64,000 nt of DNA from Candidatus Omnitrophota bacterium. Lineage in GTDB: Bacteria; Omnitrophota; Gorgyraeia; Gygaellales; Profunditerraquicolaceae. Where the stretch lies: assembly GCA_026387335.1 (NCBI GenBank), contig JAPLLX010000004.1, positions 77,955 to 141,954 of the forward strand, in the 5' to 3' direction. Shown in pieces: positions 10,007 to 20,026 of this stretch (position 1 is the first letter of the stretch; every line of letters begins with the position of its first letter). Position numbers and translations under genes: made by a program. Below the pieces are notes generated by a model. That model saw nothing but the letters and a program-made list of their open reading frames with translations, was not told where the DNA came from and made no database searches.

Positions 10007-11842
10007 CTATAAAATAACCAACACTCCGAAGATAACCAGCATACCTACGAGGGACCAGGCTAAATAAATAGAGTAATTACCCGTGTGCAGCCTCCTGATC
10101 CCTAAAGATAAACCGTTCGCTAACCAAACGCTCAATCCATCGGAAAGCCAATTTACTGCTTTATCTATACCTAAACTAATCCGGGAAATAATATTTACTA
10201 TGCCTAAACCCCAATTATAGGGGTCAAAAAATCTTTTTTCGGCCAAATCATAAATTTTGGCCATAAACGGAGCGTAACGGATATGGTCCAGGGCGTGCAA
10301 ACCGCTTCCTTTAATCTTTACGCCAAAAAGGTGATTAGCTACGGCTAAAAATAAAACCGCGAAAGTAACTACTACCATCCAGATACTGGCAGGGAAACCG
10401 CTGAAATTATGCCCGGCTAACCTTATCCCTAGTATTGGCTGAATCAGGTGATTTAATGGCAGCTGGTTAAAAACGCCAAAGATCAGGCAAACGAGCGCGA
10501 TAACAATCATCGGGATCAACATACTAAAACACGCTTCCTTAGTCTTGGCGTTCTCCGGGCTAAGCTTGCCTAGAAAAGCAGCGTGGCCTAATTTTAAAAA
10601 TGACGCGGCAGTAAAAAATGAACCTAACACCGCGATAAAATAAAATATCCATCCCCGCTCAATCGCGCCCTCATAAACCAATTCTTTGGAGAAAAATCCG
10701 TTAAACGGCCAGACTCCGGATATAGCCACAGCGGTAATTAAGAAACAGGTAAAAGTTACCGGCATCTTCTTAGCTAACCCCCCTAATTTCTCTAAATTAG
10801 TCGTGCCTACCTGCTTTTCCACGCTGCCAGCGCTAAGGAATAACCCGCTTTTATACAACGCGTTGTTGATCATATGAAAAAGCCCGCCGACAATACCGGC
10901 CGGGACTGCCGTACCAATACCCAGGATCATATATCCTACCTGGCTAACGGCGTGATACGACAAGAGGCGCTTATAATCCTTCTGGATCAAAGCCATCAGA
11001 ACAGCCAGGATTATAGTTATCGCGCCTACCGTCATAAGCAAAATACTGACTCCGGATTTTGTAGTCATCTGAAACATATCCAGCGAGATCCTGGTCAGAA
11101 AATATATGCCTAAAAGCTTCTCTAACGCCGCCGGAACAAAGCTCATAAAAGGAAGTGGCGCGTCGGTAGCGGCGTCCGGAATCCAGCTATGAAAAGGCAT
11201 TGCCCCGCCTTTTGAAATCGCGCCGATCATAAGAAGTATAAAGGCCAGGTTCGTAACGCCATTATTTAAAGGAAGATTCATTCTGGAAATTGCCATTGTG
11301 CCGCTTAAATGCCCGGTCAGGGCAATACCCAGCATCATACATAAATCGGTTATACCTACGATAATAAAGGCTTTGGTGGCAGTCTTAAAAGCTTCCTTGT
11401 TCCCGACGGCGATCATCCCGAAGAGTAAGAGCAAGAAAGCCTCCCAGAAGAAAAAGAGGACCAGCAGATTATCGGATAAAAATACCCCGTTACTAAAAGC
11501 TATCGCCAAAAGGAAATAACCGTAGAACTGGCTAAGGAAATTCCTCCCCCGCATAAAAACAACAGAATATAAGGCGATAAAAAAGCCAAAAAACGCGGTA
11601 GCTAAAAGCATAAAGGAGCTAAACTGATATAATCTAAAGGATAATTCCAGTCCTGGGCTGATCCAGGGCAAAGTAAAGGTGAGCTTCTGTTGAAATAAGA
11701 AAATTGCCAGGAGTAAGCTAGCCAAACTGGAAAATACTAACAGGCTTTCTTTTATTCTCCGCAGTTTTTCCGGAAGAAAAAACATGATCACTCCGGAGAA
11801 TAAAGGAATAATTATTGTAAGTAGCAATGCCTTAGCTATCAT
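10007..11842 (-). CDS. nuoL: NuoL-type antiporter-like subunit with C-terminal extension
   Basis: 611 aa; NuoL-sized, HSWIPDA motif, long C-terminal helix/TM extension. Confidence 0.8.
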   Translation of the reverse strand: MIAKALLLTIIIPLFSGVIMFFLPEKLRRIKESLLVFSSLASLLLAIFLFQQKLTFTLPWISPGLELSFRLYQFSSFMLLATAFFGFFIALYSVVFMRGRNFLSQFYGYFLLAIAFSNGVFLSDNLLVLFFFWEAFLLLLFGMIAVGNKEAFKTATKAFIIVGITDLCMMLGIALTGHLSGTMAISRMNLPLNNGVTNLAFILLMIGAISKGGAMPFHSWIPDAATDAPLPFMSFVPAALEKLLGIYFLTRISLDMFQMTTKSGVSILLMTVGAITIILAVLMALIQKDYKRLLSYHAVSQVGYMILGIGTAVPAGIVGGLFHMINNALYKSGLFLSAGSVEKQVGTTNLEKLGGLAKKMPVTFTCFLITAVAISGVWPFNGFFSKELVYEGAIERGWIFYFIAVLGSFFTAASFLKLGHAAFLGKLSPENAKTKEACFSMLIPMIVIALVCLIFGVFNQLPLNHLIQPILGIRLAGHNFSGFPASIWMVVVTFAVLFLAVANHLFGVKIKGSGLHALDHIRYAPFMAKIYDLAEKRFFDPYNWGLGIVNIISRISLGIDKAVNWLSDGLSVWLANGLSLGIRRLHTGNYSIYLAWSLVGMLVIFGVLVIL

Positions 11843-13284
11843 TTAATCACTCCCAACATCTGCCCAACAGCTCCTTGCGCAAATTTATACGGGTAATAAA
11901 TCAAAAATCCGGCGGCCAGAGATAGCAGGGCTAAGCTAACCACGCTGGCCACCATTACGGGGCTGGCTTCCTTGCCCGCGACATTTACCTTACCCAGAAA
12001 GACCATATTAAATACTCGAAAAAGATAAATAATAGTCAAAAAGGCGCCGATTAAGAATATAAGCACCACCCAAAGCCTCCCCGAGGCTAACGCGCCGCTA
12101 AAAACCAGGTATTTACTGAAAAAACCTCCGAACGGAGGTATTCCCATTACTGAAAAAGCGCAAGCCAGGAACGCTATTGCCGTAAACGGCATAGTAGAAA
12201 TCAATCCACCCAACTTAGTAATATCTTTAGTCTTAGTATTTTGCTCTACTATCCCGGCGCAAAGGAATAAGCCGGCTTTGGCCAAACCGTGCATCAAAAT
12301 AAAAAGGAGCGCGCCTAAAACCGCGATTTCATTGCCGATGGCTAAACCAAAAAAGATAAAACCAATCTGGCTAATCGTAGAATAAGCGATGATCCTCTTT
12401 AAATCTGTTTCGATTAATGCCGCGCCCGCCGAGACAATCGCGCTTAGGCCGGCGATCAAAGGCAGAAGCGTATGCCATAAAACATCGGGAGTAATATTCA
12501 CGATAAAAATACGCGCGTAAACATAAACGCCTATTTTAACTAAGACCGCGGCGTGCAAAAGTGCTGTAACCGGGCTGGGCGCGACACCGGCGTCAGGTAG
12601 CCAGGTATGAAACGGCAGGGTCGCGGATTTAGAGAGTATACCGACCAGAATCAAGGCGACGACCAGATTGGAAATATTGCCTTGGGTCTTTAGGACTTCT
12701 TTAATAACAGGTAAATCAAAAGAGCCGGTCTGTTGATAAATACTGATGAAACCGATTAACATTATCAGGCTTCCAAAGACCGTCACTAAAAATGCCTTAT
12801 CCGCCTTTAAAACATAAGGCTTGTCTCTAAAGAACCCGATCAGCCGCCAGCTGGTTATGGCGGTGATCTCCCAGAATATATACATAAGGATCAGGTTAGC
12901 GGAGAAAACCAAACCCATCATCGAGCCTAAGAAAAGAGTGACCATACAATAATATTCATTCTGATTCTCGTAGTGGCTGACATAGCTGAATGAATACAAA
13001 ACAATGACCGCGCTGATCAGGCTGGATATACAAGCCATAAATACCGCGAGATTATCGGCAAGCAGGGTAAAATTAAGGCCGAGAGCGAACGGCTGTTGGA
13101 TAAGAATAGTTTTACCGGATAAGACAAAAGGAATGAGCTTTAAGGAAAGAATGAACGAACTTAGAATAAAGACAAAAGACAGTATATTTCTCAGGCGGCC
13201 AGAGAACTTAGCCACCCAAGGCAGGCAGAACGCGCCAATAACAGGAATAAAAATGATACCCAAAACCAAAGTACTATAATTCAT
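11839..13284 (-). CDS. NuoM/NuoN-type antiporter-like subunit
   Basis: 481 aa, FHTWLPDA motif, polytopic; first gene of the cluster. Confidence 0.8.
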   Translation of the reverse strand: MNYSTLVLGIIFIPVIGAFCLPWVAKFSGRLRNILSFVFILSSFILSLKLIPFVLSGKTILIQQPFALGLNFTLLADNLAVFMACISSLISAVIVLYSFSYVSHYENQNEYYCMVTLFLGSMMGLVFSANLILMYIFWEITAITSWRLIGFFRDKPYVLKADKAFLVTVFGSLIMLIGFISIYQQTGSFDLPVIKEVLKTQGNISNLVVALILVGILSKSATLPFHTWLPDAGVAPSPVTALLHAAVLVKIGVYVYARIFIVNITPDVLWHTLLPLIAGLSAIVSAGAALIETDLKRIIAYSTISQIGFIFFGLAIGNEIAVLGALLFILMHGLAKAGLFLCAGIVEQNTKTKDITKLGGLISTMPFTAIAFLACAFSVMGIPPFGGFFSKYLVFSGALASGRLWVVLIFLIGAFLTIIYLFRVFNMVFLGKVNVAGKEASPVMVASVVSLALLSLAAGFLIYYPYKFAQGAVGQMLGVIK

Positions 13285-13373
13285 ACTTCATCCCTTGTTT
13301 AGCATCCTTCTGAATCATTTCAGGCAGGCCCGAAAAACCTTGCAGAAAGGTCAGTTAAGACGAATTGGGTAGT

Positions 13374-13401
13374 ATTTTAGCAAAAATAGCCCAGCTGTCA
13401 A
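13374..13401 (-). promoter_or_regulatory. Candidate sigma70-type promoter for the hydrogenase/nuo-like cluster (TTGACA-N16-TAAAAT on minus strand)
   Basis: Minus-strand TTGACA (rc of 13396-13401), 16-nt spacer, TAAAAT (rc of 13374-13379), about 90 nt upstream of the first cluster gene. Confidence 0.4.
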
Positions 13402-13421
13402 GTTAAGTAATTAAATCTATT

Positions 13422-15614
13422 CTATTTTATAAACAACATTTCGCGATACTTAGGCAATTCCCAGGCGTCATCGGGAACTACGCACTCAAGCTGATCCACG
13501 TGTTTTCGGATATGCTCCATTAAGGGCTTGAGCTCCTTAAAATAAAGTTCCGCCCGCTTTTCATCGTTTGTTTTCTGCGCTTTCGCCAGCAGTTTATCCA
13601 TCTCCAAAGCATTGCGCCGGACATAGTAAATTTTTGAGACTACCTCGATAAGGTGTTCCTTTTTATCTTTTAACGCGCCTGCGTCAAGCGCTAAGCCTGC
13701 TGTTTTTTTCAAGGCTACCAATTCCTGCAAAGTGCGCGCCAATAACTTTTCATATCTATAGCCCGCCGGAACTACCGAAGCGTTGACCATTTCTTTTAAG
13801 GTATTCGCCTCAATCTCAAGGGTCAGGTTATACATATGAATCCAGATATGGTAACGGGCAATGAGCTCTTCTTTCGAGAATACTTTGTATTTTTCAAAGA
13901 GCGCTATATTTTTTTCTTTAGTTAAAGCCTCCAGGGCCTCATAAGTTGCCGCCATATTAGGAAGAGAGCGCTTCTTGGCTTCTTTAATCCACGCTTCCGC
14001 GTAATTATTTCCTTCAAAACGAATATCCTTGGTCTCTTTGGCTATCTCAGAGATAACCTTAAGGACCGCGGTATTGAAATCTTTGCCGCTGGAAGCTTTT
14101 TTAATCTTTTCGGCGACATAATCCAGGCTTTCGGCAATAATAGTATTAACTACCGCGATAGGTGTGGAGATATTCTGGGACGAACCGACTGCGCGGAACT
14201 CAAACTTAGCCCCTGTAAAGGCAAAAGGCGAAGTGCGGTTCCTATCGGTCGTATCTTTATTGAATTTCGGCAGGCGGCCGATCCCTAAGTCCATAATATC
14301 ATTCTTAGAAACCTTGGATTTTACGCCTTTTTCAATCATATTCAGTATTTCAGTCAATTGCTGGCCCAAGAATACGCTGATAATCGCCGGCGGAGCCTCA
14401 TTTGCGCCAAGGCGGTGTTCGTTACCAGCCATAGCCACGGATGCGCGCAAAAGATCGGCATGTAAATATACCGCGCGCAACACCGCAGCCAATAGCGCCA
14501 GGAATTGTAAATTATCTTCCGGGGTTTGACCGGGGTTGAGTAAATTGTTTCCCTTATCATCGGACAAAGACCAGTTTAAGTGCTTACCGCTTCCATTTAT
14601 CCCGGCAAACGGCTTCTCATGCAAAAGACAGACCATATCATGTCTAAGGGCGATTTTCTTCATTAACTCCATTAAAAGCTGGTTATGGTCTGCCGCCAGA
14701 TTTGACTCTTCAAAAATAGGAGCAAACTCATACTGATGCGGAGCGACTTCATTGTGCCGGGTCATCAAGGGAATACCCAGCTTATACGCCTCTTCGGCAA
14801 CCTCAAACATAAAATTAACTACCCTCTCCTTGATCGTTCCAAAATACTGATCTTCGAGCTGCTGGCCTTTTGGCGAAGGCGCTCCCACCAAGGTCCTGCC
14901 AGTCATCACCATATCCTGACGCAGATTATAGTAATTCTTATCAATAAGGAAATACTCCTGCTCCGGGCCGCAAGTGGAAAATACCTTCTTAATATCTTTA
15001 TGCCCAAAGAGCTTTAATAAACTTAACGCTGCTTTATTCAGCGCCTCGTCAGAACGTAAAAGAGGAAGTTTCTTATCTAACGCTTCGCCATGATAAGAGA
15101 TAAATATAGTCGGTATACAAAGGGTTTTGCCGAGCTTACTTTCAATGATAAATGCCGGACTTGACGGATCCCAGGCAGTATAACCCCGGGCCTCAAATGT
15201 GGCGCGGATCCCGCCGGAAGGAAAACTAGAAGCATCCGGCTCTCCCTGAATCAATTTATTTCCGGAAAACTTTTCAATTACTTTTCCGGGCCCGGTGATA
15301 GAAATAAAACTATCGTGCTTCTCCGCGGTAAGTCCGGTCATCGGCTGGAACCAATGGGTATAATAGCTGGCGCCCTTAGAAATAGCCCAATCTTTCATGG
15401 CGTTGGCTATCTCATTTGCCTGCTCCAAGGTTATGGTCCTACCTTCGGATATCCAGGTCTTAAAAGCCGCAAATGTATTTTTGGAGATATGCTTTTGCAT
15501 GGCCTTCATATTAAAAGTATTTTCACCGAAGTAAGAAGATACTTTTTGGGGAGCATCAACCTTATCCAGTTCTACGCTCTTAATTTTAAGTAAAACCTTC
15601 TGTCTCATACTCAT
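13422..15614 (-). CDS. glnN: Glutamine synthetase type III
   Basis: 730 aa, GSIII-length, N-terminal GSIII-specific region and catalytic core motifs. Confidence 0.8.
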   Translation of the reverse strand: MSMRQKVLLKIKSVELDKVDAPQKVSSYFGENTFNMKAMQKHISKNTFAAFKTWISEGRTITLEQANEIANAMKDWAISKGASYYTHWFQPMTGLTAEKHDSFISITGPGKVIEKFSGNKLIQGEPDASSFPSGGIRATFEARGYTAWDPSSPAFIIESKLGKTLCIPTIFISYHGEALDKKLPLLRSDEALNKAALSLLKLFGHKDIKKVFSTCGPEQEYFLIDKNYYNLRQDMVMTGRTLVGAPSPKGQQLEDQYFGTIKERVVNFMFEVAEEAYKLGIPLMTRHNEVAPHQYEFAPIFEESNLAADHNQLLMELMKKIALRHDMVCLLHEKPFAGINGSGKHLNWSLSDDKGNNLLNPGQTPEDNLQFLALLAAVLRAVYLHADLLRASVAMAGNEHRLGANEAPPAIISVFLGQQLTEILNMIEKGVKSKVSKNDIMDLGIGRLPKFNKDTTDRNRTSPFAFTGAKFEFRAVGSSQNISTPIAVVNTIIAESLDYVAEKIKKASSGKDFNTAVLKVISEIAKETKDIRFEGNNYAEAWIKEAKKRSLPNMAATYEALEALTKEKNIALFEKYKVFSKEELIARYHIWIHMYNLTLEIEANTLKEMVNASVVPAGYRYEKLLARTLQELVALKKTAGLALDAGALKDKKEHLIEVVSKIYYVRRNALEMDKLLAKAQKTNDEKRAELYFKELKPLMEHIRKHVDQLECVVPDDAWELPKYREMLFIK

Positions 15615-15637
15615 CTCTTCCCCCTTTGCATATTTAA

Positions 15638-16378
15638 TTATTTATTCTCTACGCCGGCCTTTTTACCTCTTATATCCTTGGCTAAAATAATAGCCTCGGC
15701 AACTTCCCGCATAGACTTACGCGAATCCATACTCTGCTTTTGTATTAACCTGTACGCCTCTGACGGAAGAATATTTGCTTCCTGAGATAAGATATCTTTA
15801 GCCCGCTCCACCAGCTTACGGGTAGTTAAAGCCTCTTCGGCGGAACGCGCCCTTAAATCCAGCTCGGCATTCTCAATCGCGATTGCCGCTTGGTTGGCTA
15901 ACGCGGTAAGAAGATCTAACTCCGGCTTAGAAAATACATGTTTTTTGGAAGTATAACAATTCAGGACCCCGATCACTCTTCCTTTTACCGCCAGAGGCAC
16001 GCAGGCCAATGAACAAAGCTTTTCTTTCTTGGCAATATCTCTATTTAAGTAGCGCTCATCATCATTAACATTCAAAACACACAACGATTTATTTTCTTTA
16101 GCCACAATACCGGCGATCCCTTCGCCCAGGTGAATATTAGGCTTCTTATTATAGGCCTCAGAAATAGATTGCGTTGCCCTGACTACCAGTTCCTTCTTAT
16201 CCGGGTCAAGCAGCATCAACGAAGATATCTTGGAATTCATTATTTCAGCGGTAACCTGAACTATTAAACGCAGTAATTCTTCCAGGTACATCCCGGAATT
16301 AATCAGGTTAGCTACCTTAGCTAACACCTCAATCTGCCTGGTGTAAATTTCATAACGCGTGGTCTTTTTTTGGGGCAT
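15638..16378 (-). CDS. GAF-ANTAR domain RNA-binding response/anti-termination regulator
   Basis: N-terminal GAF-like region and C-terminal ANTAR helix bundle (LSQEANILPSEAYRLIQKQSMDSRKSMREVAEAIIL). Confidence 0.7.
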   Translation of the reverse strand: MPQKKTTRYEIYTRQIEVLAKVANLINSGMYLEELLRLIVQVTAEIMNSKISSLMLLDPDKKELVVRATQSISEAYNKKPNIHLGEGIAGIVAKENKSLCVLNVNDDERYLNRDIAKKEKLCSLACVPLAVKGRVIGVLNCYTSKKHVFSKPELDLLTALANQAAIAIENAELDLRARSAEEALTTRKLVERAKDILSQEANILPSEAYRLIQKQSMDSRKSMREVAEAIILAKDIRGKKAGVENK

Positions 16379-16380
16379 TT

Positions 16381-17529
16381 TTAACTTTTATTTAAAAAGT
16401 TGCTTATCCTGCGCAATGCTTCTTTTAAATTTTCCAGGCTGGAGGCATAAGAAATCCTGATATAACCCTCTGCGCATTGGCCAAAAGCCGTTCCCGGAAC
16501 AACAGCCACCTTCTCTTCCTTAAGAAGTTTCTGAGAAAATTCTAACGACTGCAATCCGGTTTTCTTTATTGAGGGAAACACATAAAAAGCTCCCTGGGGC
16601 TTATTACAAACTAATCCTATCTGGTTAAGCTCATCTACCACCAACTCGCGGCGGCGGCGATATTCCCGTTTCATCTCTTCCACTGGTTTCTTTCCGCTTA
16701 CCAGGGCTTCCGCCGCGGCCATTTGACTAGTTATCGGCACGCACATAATCGTATACTGATGGATTTTAGTCATTCCCGCGATAATATCTTTTGGTCCGCA
16801 AGCAAATCCCACGCGCCATCCGGTCATCGCGAATGACTTAGAAAATCCGTTAAAATAAACAGTATTTTTCTTTGACCCGGGTAAGGTGGGAAAAGGAGTA
16901 TGCTCAAAGTCATAAGTCAGGTCGCCATAAACCTCATCCGAAATGCAAATAAGATTATGCTTCAATATCACTTTGCTTAAAGCCTCTAATTCCTTTTTAC
17001 GATAACTTACACCGGTAGGATTAGTCGGATAATTTAAAATTATACCCTTGGTCTTTTTATCAATCGCCTTTTCCAGTTTTTCAGGCGTCAACTTAAAATT
17101 ATCTTTTGTAGTGTCTATATATACGGCTGAGCCTCCGGCTAACTCGGTCACCGGGCCGTAAGAAACATAGCAAGGTTCTGGGATGATTATTTTATCCCCG
17201 GGATTGATTAGCGTCCTTAAAACCAGGTCCAAGCCTTCGCTTACTCCCACAGTTATCAGTATTTCATCATCCGGAGAATAATCCAGGTCATACTTGGACT
17301 TTAAATAGCGGTGCAATCCCAGGCGTAATTTATATAAGCCCTTATTTGAGGTATAGCTGGTAAAACCCTGCTCCAGCGAATATATGCCTGCCTCACGTAT
17401 TGCCCAGGGAGTGACAAAATCCGGCTCACCCACACCTAAGGAGATAACGTCTTTCATACCCAGGACCAGGTCAAAAAAAGCCCGGATCCCGGAAGGCTGC
17501 ATCTGGTCTACTTTTTTAGATATTTTCAT
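16381..17529 (-). CDS. PLP-dependent aminotransferase class I/II (aspartate aminotransferase-like)
   Basis: 382 aa; LGVGEPDF, SKSFAMTGWRVGF (PLP-lysine region) motifs. Confidence 0.8.
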   Translation of the reverse strand: MKISKKVDQMQPSGIRAFFDLVLGMKDVISLGVGEPDFVTPWAIREAGIYSLEQGFTSYTSNKGLYKLRLGLHRYLKSKYDLDYSPDDEILITVGVSEGLDLVLRTLINPGDKIIIPEPCYVSYGPVTELAGGSAVYIDTTKDNFKLTPEKLEKAIDKKTKGIILNYPTNPTGVSYRKKELEALSKVILKHNLICISDEVYGDLTYDFEHTPFPTLPGSKKNTVYFNGFSKSFAMTGWRVGFACGPKDIIAGMTKIHQYTIMCVPITSQMAAAEALVSGKKPVEEMKREYRRRRELVVDELNQIGLVCNKPQGAFYVFPSIKKTGLQSLEFSQKLLKEEKVAVVPGTAFGQCAEGYIRISYASSLENLKEALRRISNFLNKS

Positions 17530-17548
17530 TTCTTTACCTATGTCTAGT

Positions 17549-18034
17549 TTAATACGATATCGCTATCCTCTTATTTTCTTCCTTATGTTTTAAAATCACT
17601 CCGTCTTCCTTGTACTTCTTAAGCAAAAAGTGCGTAGTTGTCCCGCGGACATTCTCCAGACAAGAGAGTTTCTCGGCGACAAAACTAGAAACTGTATGTA
17701 TATTCTTGCCTTCTACGATAACCAAAAGGTCATACGTGCCTGAAATTAAATAACAGCTGGAAACCTCCGGGAACGAATAAATCCTCTCCGCGATCTTATC
17801 AAACCCGGCGTCTTTCTGCGGTATAATATTGACCTCAATGAGCGCGCGTAACCCCGCATCCTCATTCCTGACTAAATCTCTATTTACCACCGCTTTATAT
17901 TTTAAGATCACGCCCTCTTTTTCATATTTTTTAATCGCGCTCTTTATTTCCTGGGGCTTCTTCTTTAACATCTTGGCTATCTCCTCAGGAGTAGCTCGGC
18001 CGTCTTTTTCCAATATCTCCAATATTTCTTCCAT
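17549..18034 (-). CDS. Lrp/AsnC family transcriptional regulator
   Basis: 161 aa; N-terminal HTH (LDEIDRKIL-like) plus RAM domain. Confidence 0.8.
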   Translation of the reverse strand: MEEILEILEKDGRATPEEIAKMLKKKPQEIKSAIKKYEKEGVILKYKAVVNRDLVRNEDAGLRALIEVNIIPQKDAGFDKIAERIYSFPEVSSCYLISGTYDLLVIVEGKNIHTVSSFVAEKLSCLENVRGTTTHFLLKKYKEDGVILKHKEENKRIAISY

Positions 18035-18053
18035 TTAGCCCTCCGCTTTTTCG

Positions 18054-18770
18054 TTAAAGGTTACAAATCGCAGGCATATTTCTTTTATGCCCTGACCTGG
18101 CTATCATACTTTTGACTTTAGCGACTTTCTCTTTTCCCGCTCTCTGTTTTTGCCGGTGTTCCAATCTATAGAGTATATCATCTAATTCATTATAAGTTAT
18201 ACCCATCTCTCCTTCATCGGTCTGGCCCGGCCAAAGCCCGGCAGTAGGCGCCTTCGTAATGATATGCCCCGGAATACCCAGCTCTTTGGCCAGCAAGCGT
18301 ACATCTTTTTTTAATAAACCGGCTATAGGCAATATATCTACTCCGCCATCCCCGTATTTAGTGAAATACCCGGCCATTAATTCGGATTTATTTCCTGTGC
18401 CGCAGACCAGATAATTAAATTTATTGGCAAAATAATACAAAACCGTCATTCTTAAGCGCGGCCGCAAGTTGGCATAAGCTAAATTTGAGGCCTTAGGCAG
18501 GACTTTTAAGAAACTACCGTAAATACCGGATAAATCCACGGTCTTAGTCCTTACCTTAAGCTTTCCAGCTACTATTTTGGCGTCTTTTATATCCTGAGCC
18601 TGGCTCTGACAAGGCATAAATAGGCCCAATACATTCTCTTTACCTACCGCTTCTTTTGCCAAAGCGCAGACTACTGCGGAATCTATGCCTCCGGATAGCC
18701 CTAAGACAATACCTTGGGCATTTGCTTCCTTGACTTGCTTTCTTATCCAAACAACGATTTTATCTTTCAT
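18054..18770 (-). CDS. nadE: NH3-dependent NAD+ synthetase
   Basis: 238 aa; PP-loop SGGIDS motif. Confidence 0.8.
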   Translation of the reverse strand: MKDKIVVWIRKQVKEANAQGIVLGLSGGIDSAVVCALAKEAVGKENVLGLFMPCQSQAQDIKDAKIVAGKLKVRTKTVDLSGIYGSFLKVLPKASNLAYANLRPRLRMTVLYYFANKFNYLVCGTGNKSELMAGYFTKYGDGGVDILPIAGLLKKDVRLLAKELGIPGHIITKAPTAGLWPGQTDEGEMGITYNELDDILYRLEHRQKQRAGKEKVAKVKSMIARSGHKRNMPAICNL

Positions 18771-18859
18771 AGAAACGGTATCTTAACGTTGATTTGTAAT
18801 TTAAAGCTTATCTTACCTCAAATTGGGATGAGGGTCAAGGGTAAATAGGGATAGCCAGA

Positions 18860-19330
18860 CTAGCCTCTGGATATCTTAAGGATTTTGTATTTGAGGGTGC
18901 CGGCGGGGATTTTAATCTCAATTTTCTCGTTTAATTTGTGATTCAATAGTCCGCTTCCAATAGGAGAAGAAATAGAAATCTTACCCTGCTCGTAATCCGC
19001 CTCTTCCCCGGAAACAAGAAAATACTCCACTTCTTCGCCAGTATCTAAATCTTTAAGCCTTACTCTCGCGCCGATTAAGACTTCATCCGCAGAGATATTA
19101 TCATCCAGAAGACGCGCGCAAGAGAGTTTTTGCTCCAATTCGGCAATTCTTTTTTCATTTAGCCCTTGAGCGTCCTTGGCCGCGTCATATTCGGCATTCT
19201 CGGATATATCTCCGTGAGCCCGGGCCTCTCCTATAGCTTTAGAAAGAGCTTTGCGCTTGGTATTCTTCAGATACTCCAACTCCTCAACCAATTTTTGGTG
19301 TCCGGCTTTAGTCAAATATAAATCGGCCAT
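18860..19330 (-). CDS. greA: Transcription elongation factor GreA
   Basis: 156 aa; N-terminal coiled-coil with acidic tip and C-terminal FKBP-like domain typical of GreA. Confidence 0.9.
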   Translation of the reverse strand: MADLYLTKAGHQKLVEELEYLKNTKRKALSKAIGEARAHGDISENAEYDAAKDAQGLNEKRIAELEQKLSCARLLDDNISADEVLIGARVRLKDLDTGEEVEYFLVSGEEADYEQGKISISSPIGSGLLNHKLNEKIEIKIPAGTLKYKILKISRG

Positions 19331-19333
19331 AAT

Positions 19334-20017
19334 TTATTTTCCTTTACAGGCGTTGACGCAAACTCCGCAAATATACTGGTCAACCAGCTTTTGTTTCTGA
19401 AAATCCTTGAGTTTCTCAAAACACTTTAGATGGTCAAAGTCTCCCGGGCTTTCCTTAATTGCTTCTGCCGGGCATATTTTAACACACAAACGGCAAGCCC
19501 CGCAATCATCTTTTGTTTGCGTATCTGTCTTTAAGGGCATATCAGTTAAAATCGTAACCAGACGGAACTGGCTCCCTAATTTTTTATTTACCAGTAAATT
19601 ATTCCTGCCTATCCAGCCCAGGCCAGCTAAAACACCCAATTTTTTATGCGAAAGATGCGCCTTCTGGTTTTCCCAGTCTAAAATTATGGAAGCCGGGATT
19701 GGTAGGGTCCGAAAACCCTTATTTTGTATAAAATTTGCGATCCTTAACGCCGTCTGGTCTAAAGACGCGTTTACCGTGCGGTAGTGGTGGAAATAAAGCC
19801 GCGTAGGAGCGCAGGAAATCTCATCTAGTATACCCTGCGCTAACCTTAAGCCTAAACAAACAGCCTTATCTAATTTTACCAGGGATTTTTCAGACAGTTT
19901 AAAATCGCTCTTTATTCCCTGGATATCCGCTACCCCGAATAAAGAAATCCCTTGGGCAATAGCGAACTTCTTTAAAGCCGCGTAATTCTTATTTTTATCC
20001 ATTGGCCAGAGGGCCAT
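19334..20017 (-). CDS. 4Fe-4S protein, epoxyqueuosine reductase (QueG)-like, short form
   Basis: 227 aa; GWIGRNNLLVNKKLGSQFRL (QueG-like) and CGACRLCVKICP / CGVCVNAC ferredoxin motifs; shorter than canonical QueG. Confidence 0.5.
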   Translation of the reverse strand: MALWPMDKNKNYAALKKFAIAQGISLFGVADIQGIKSDFKLSEKSLVKLDKAVCLGLRLAQGILDEISCAPTRLYFHHYRTVNASLDQTALRIANFIQNKGFRTLPIPASIILDWENQKAHLSHKKLGVLAGLGWIGRNNLLVNKKLGSQFRLVTILTDMPLKTDTQTKDDCGACRLCVKICPAEAIKESPGDFDHLKCFEKLKDFQKQKLVDQYICGVCVNACKGK

Positions 20018-20026
20018 GGTTTGGCA

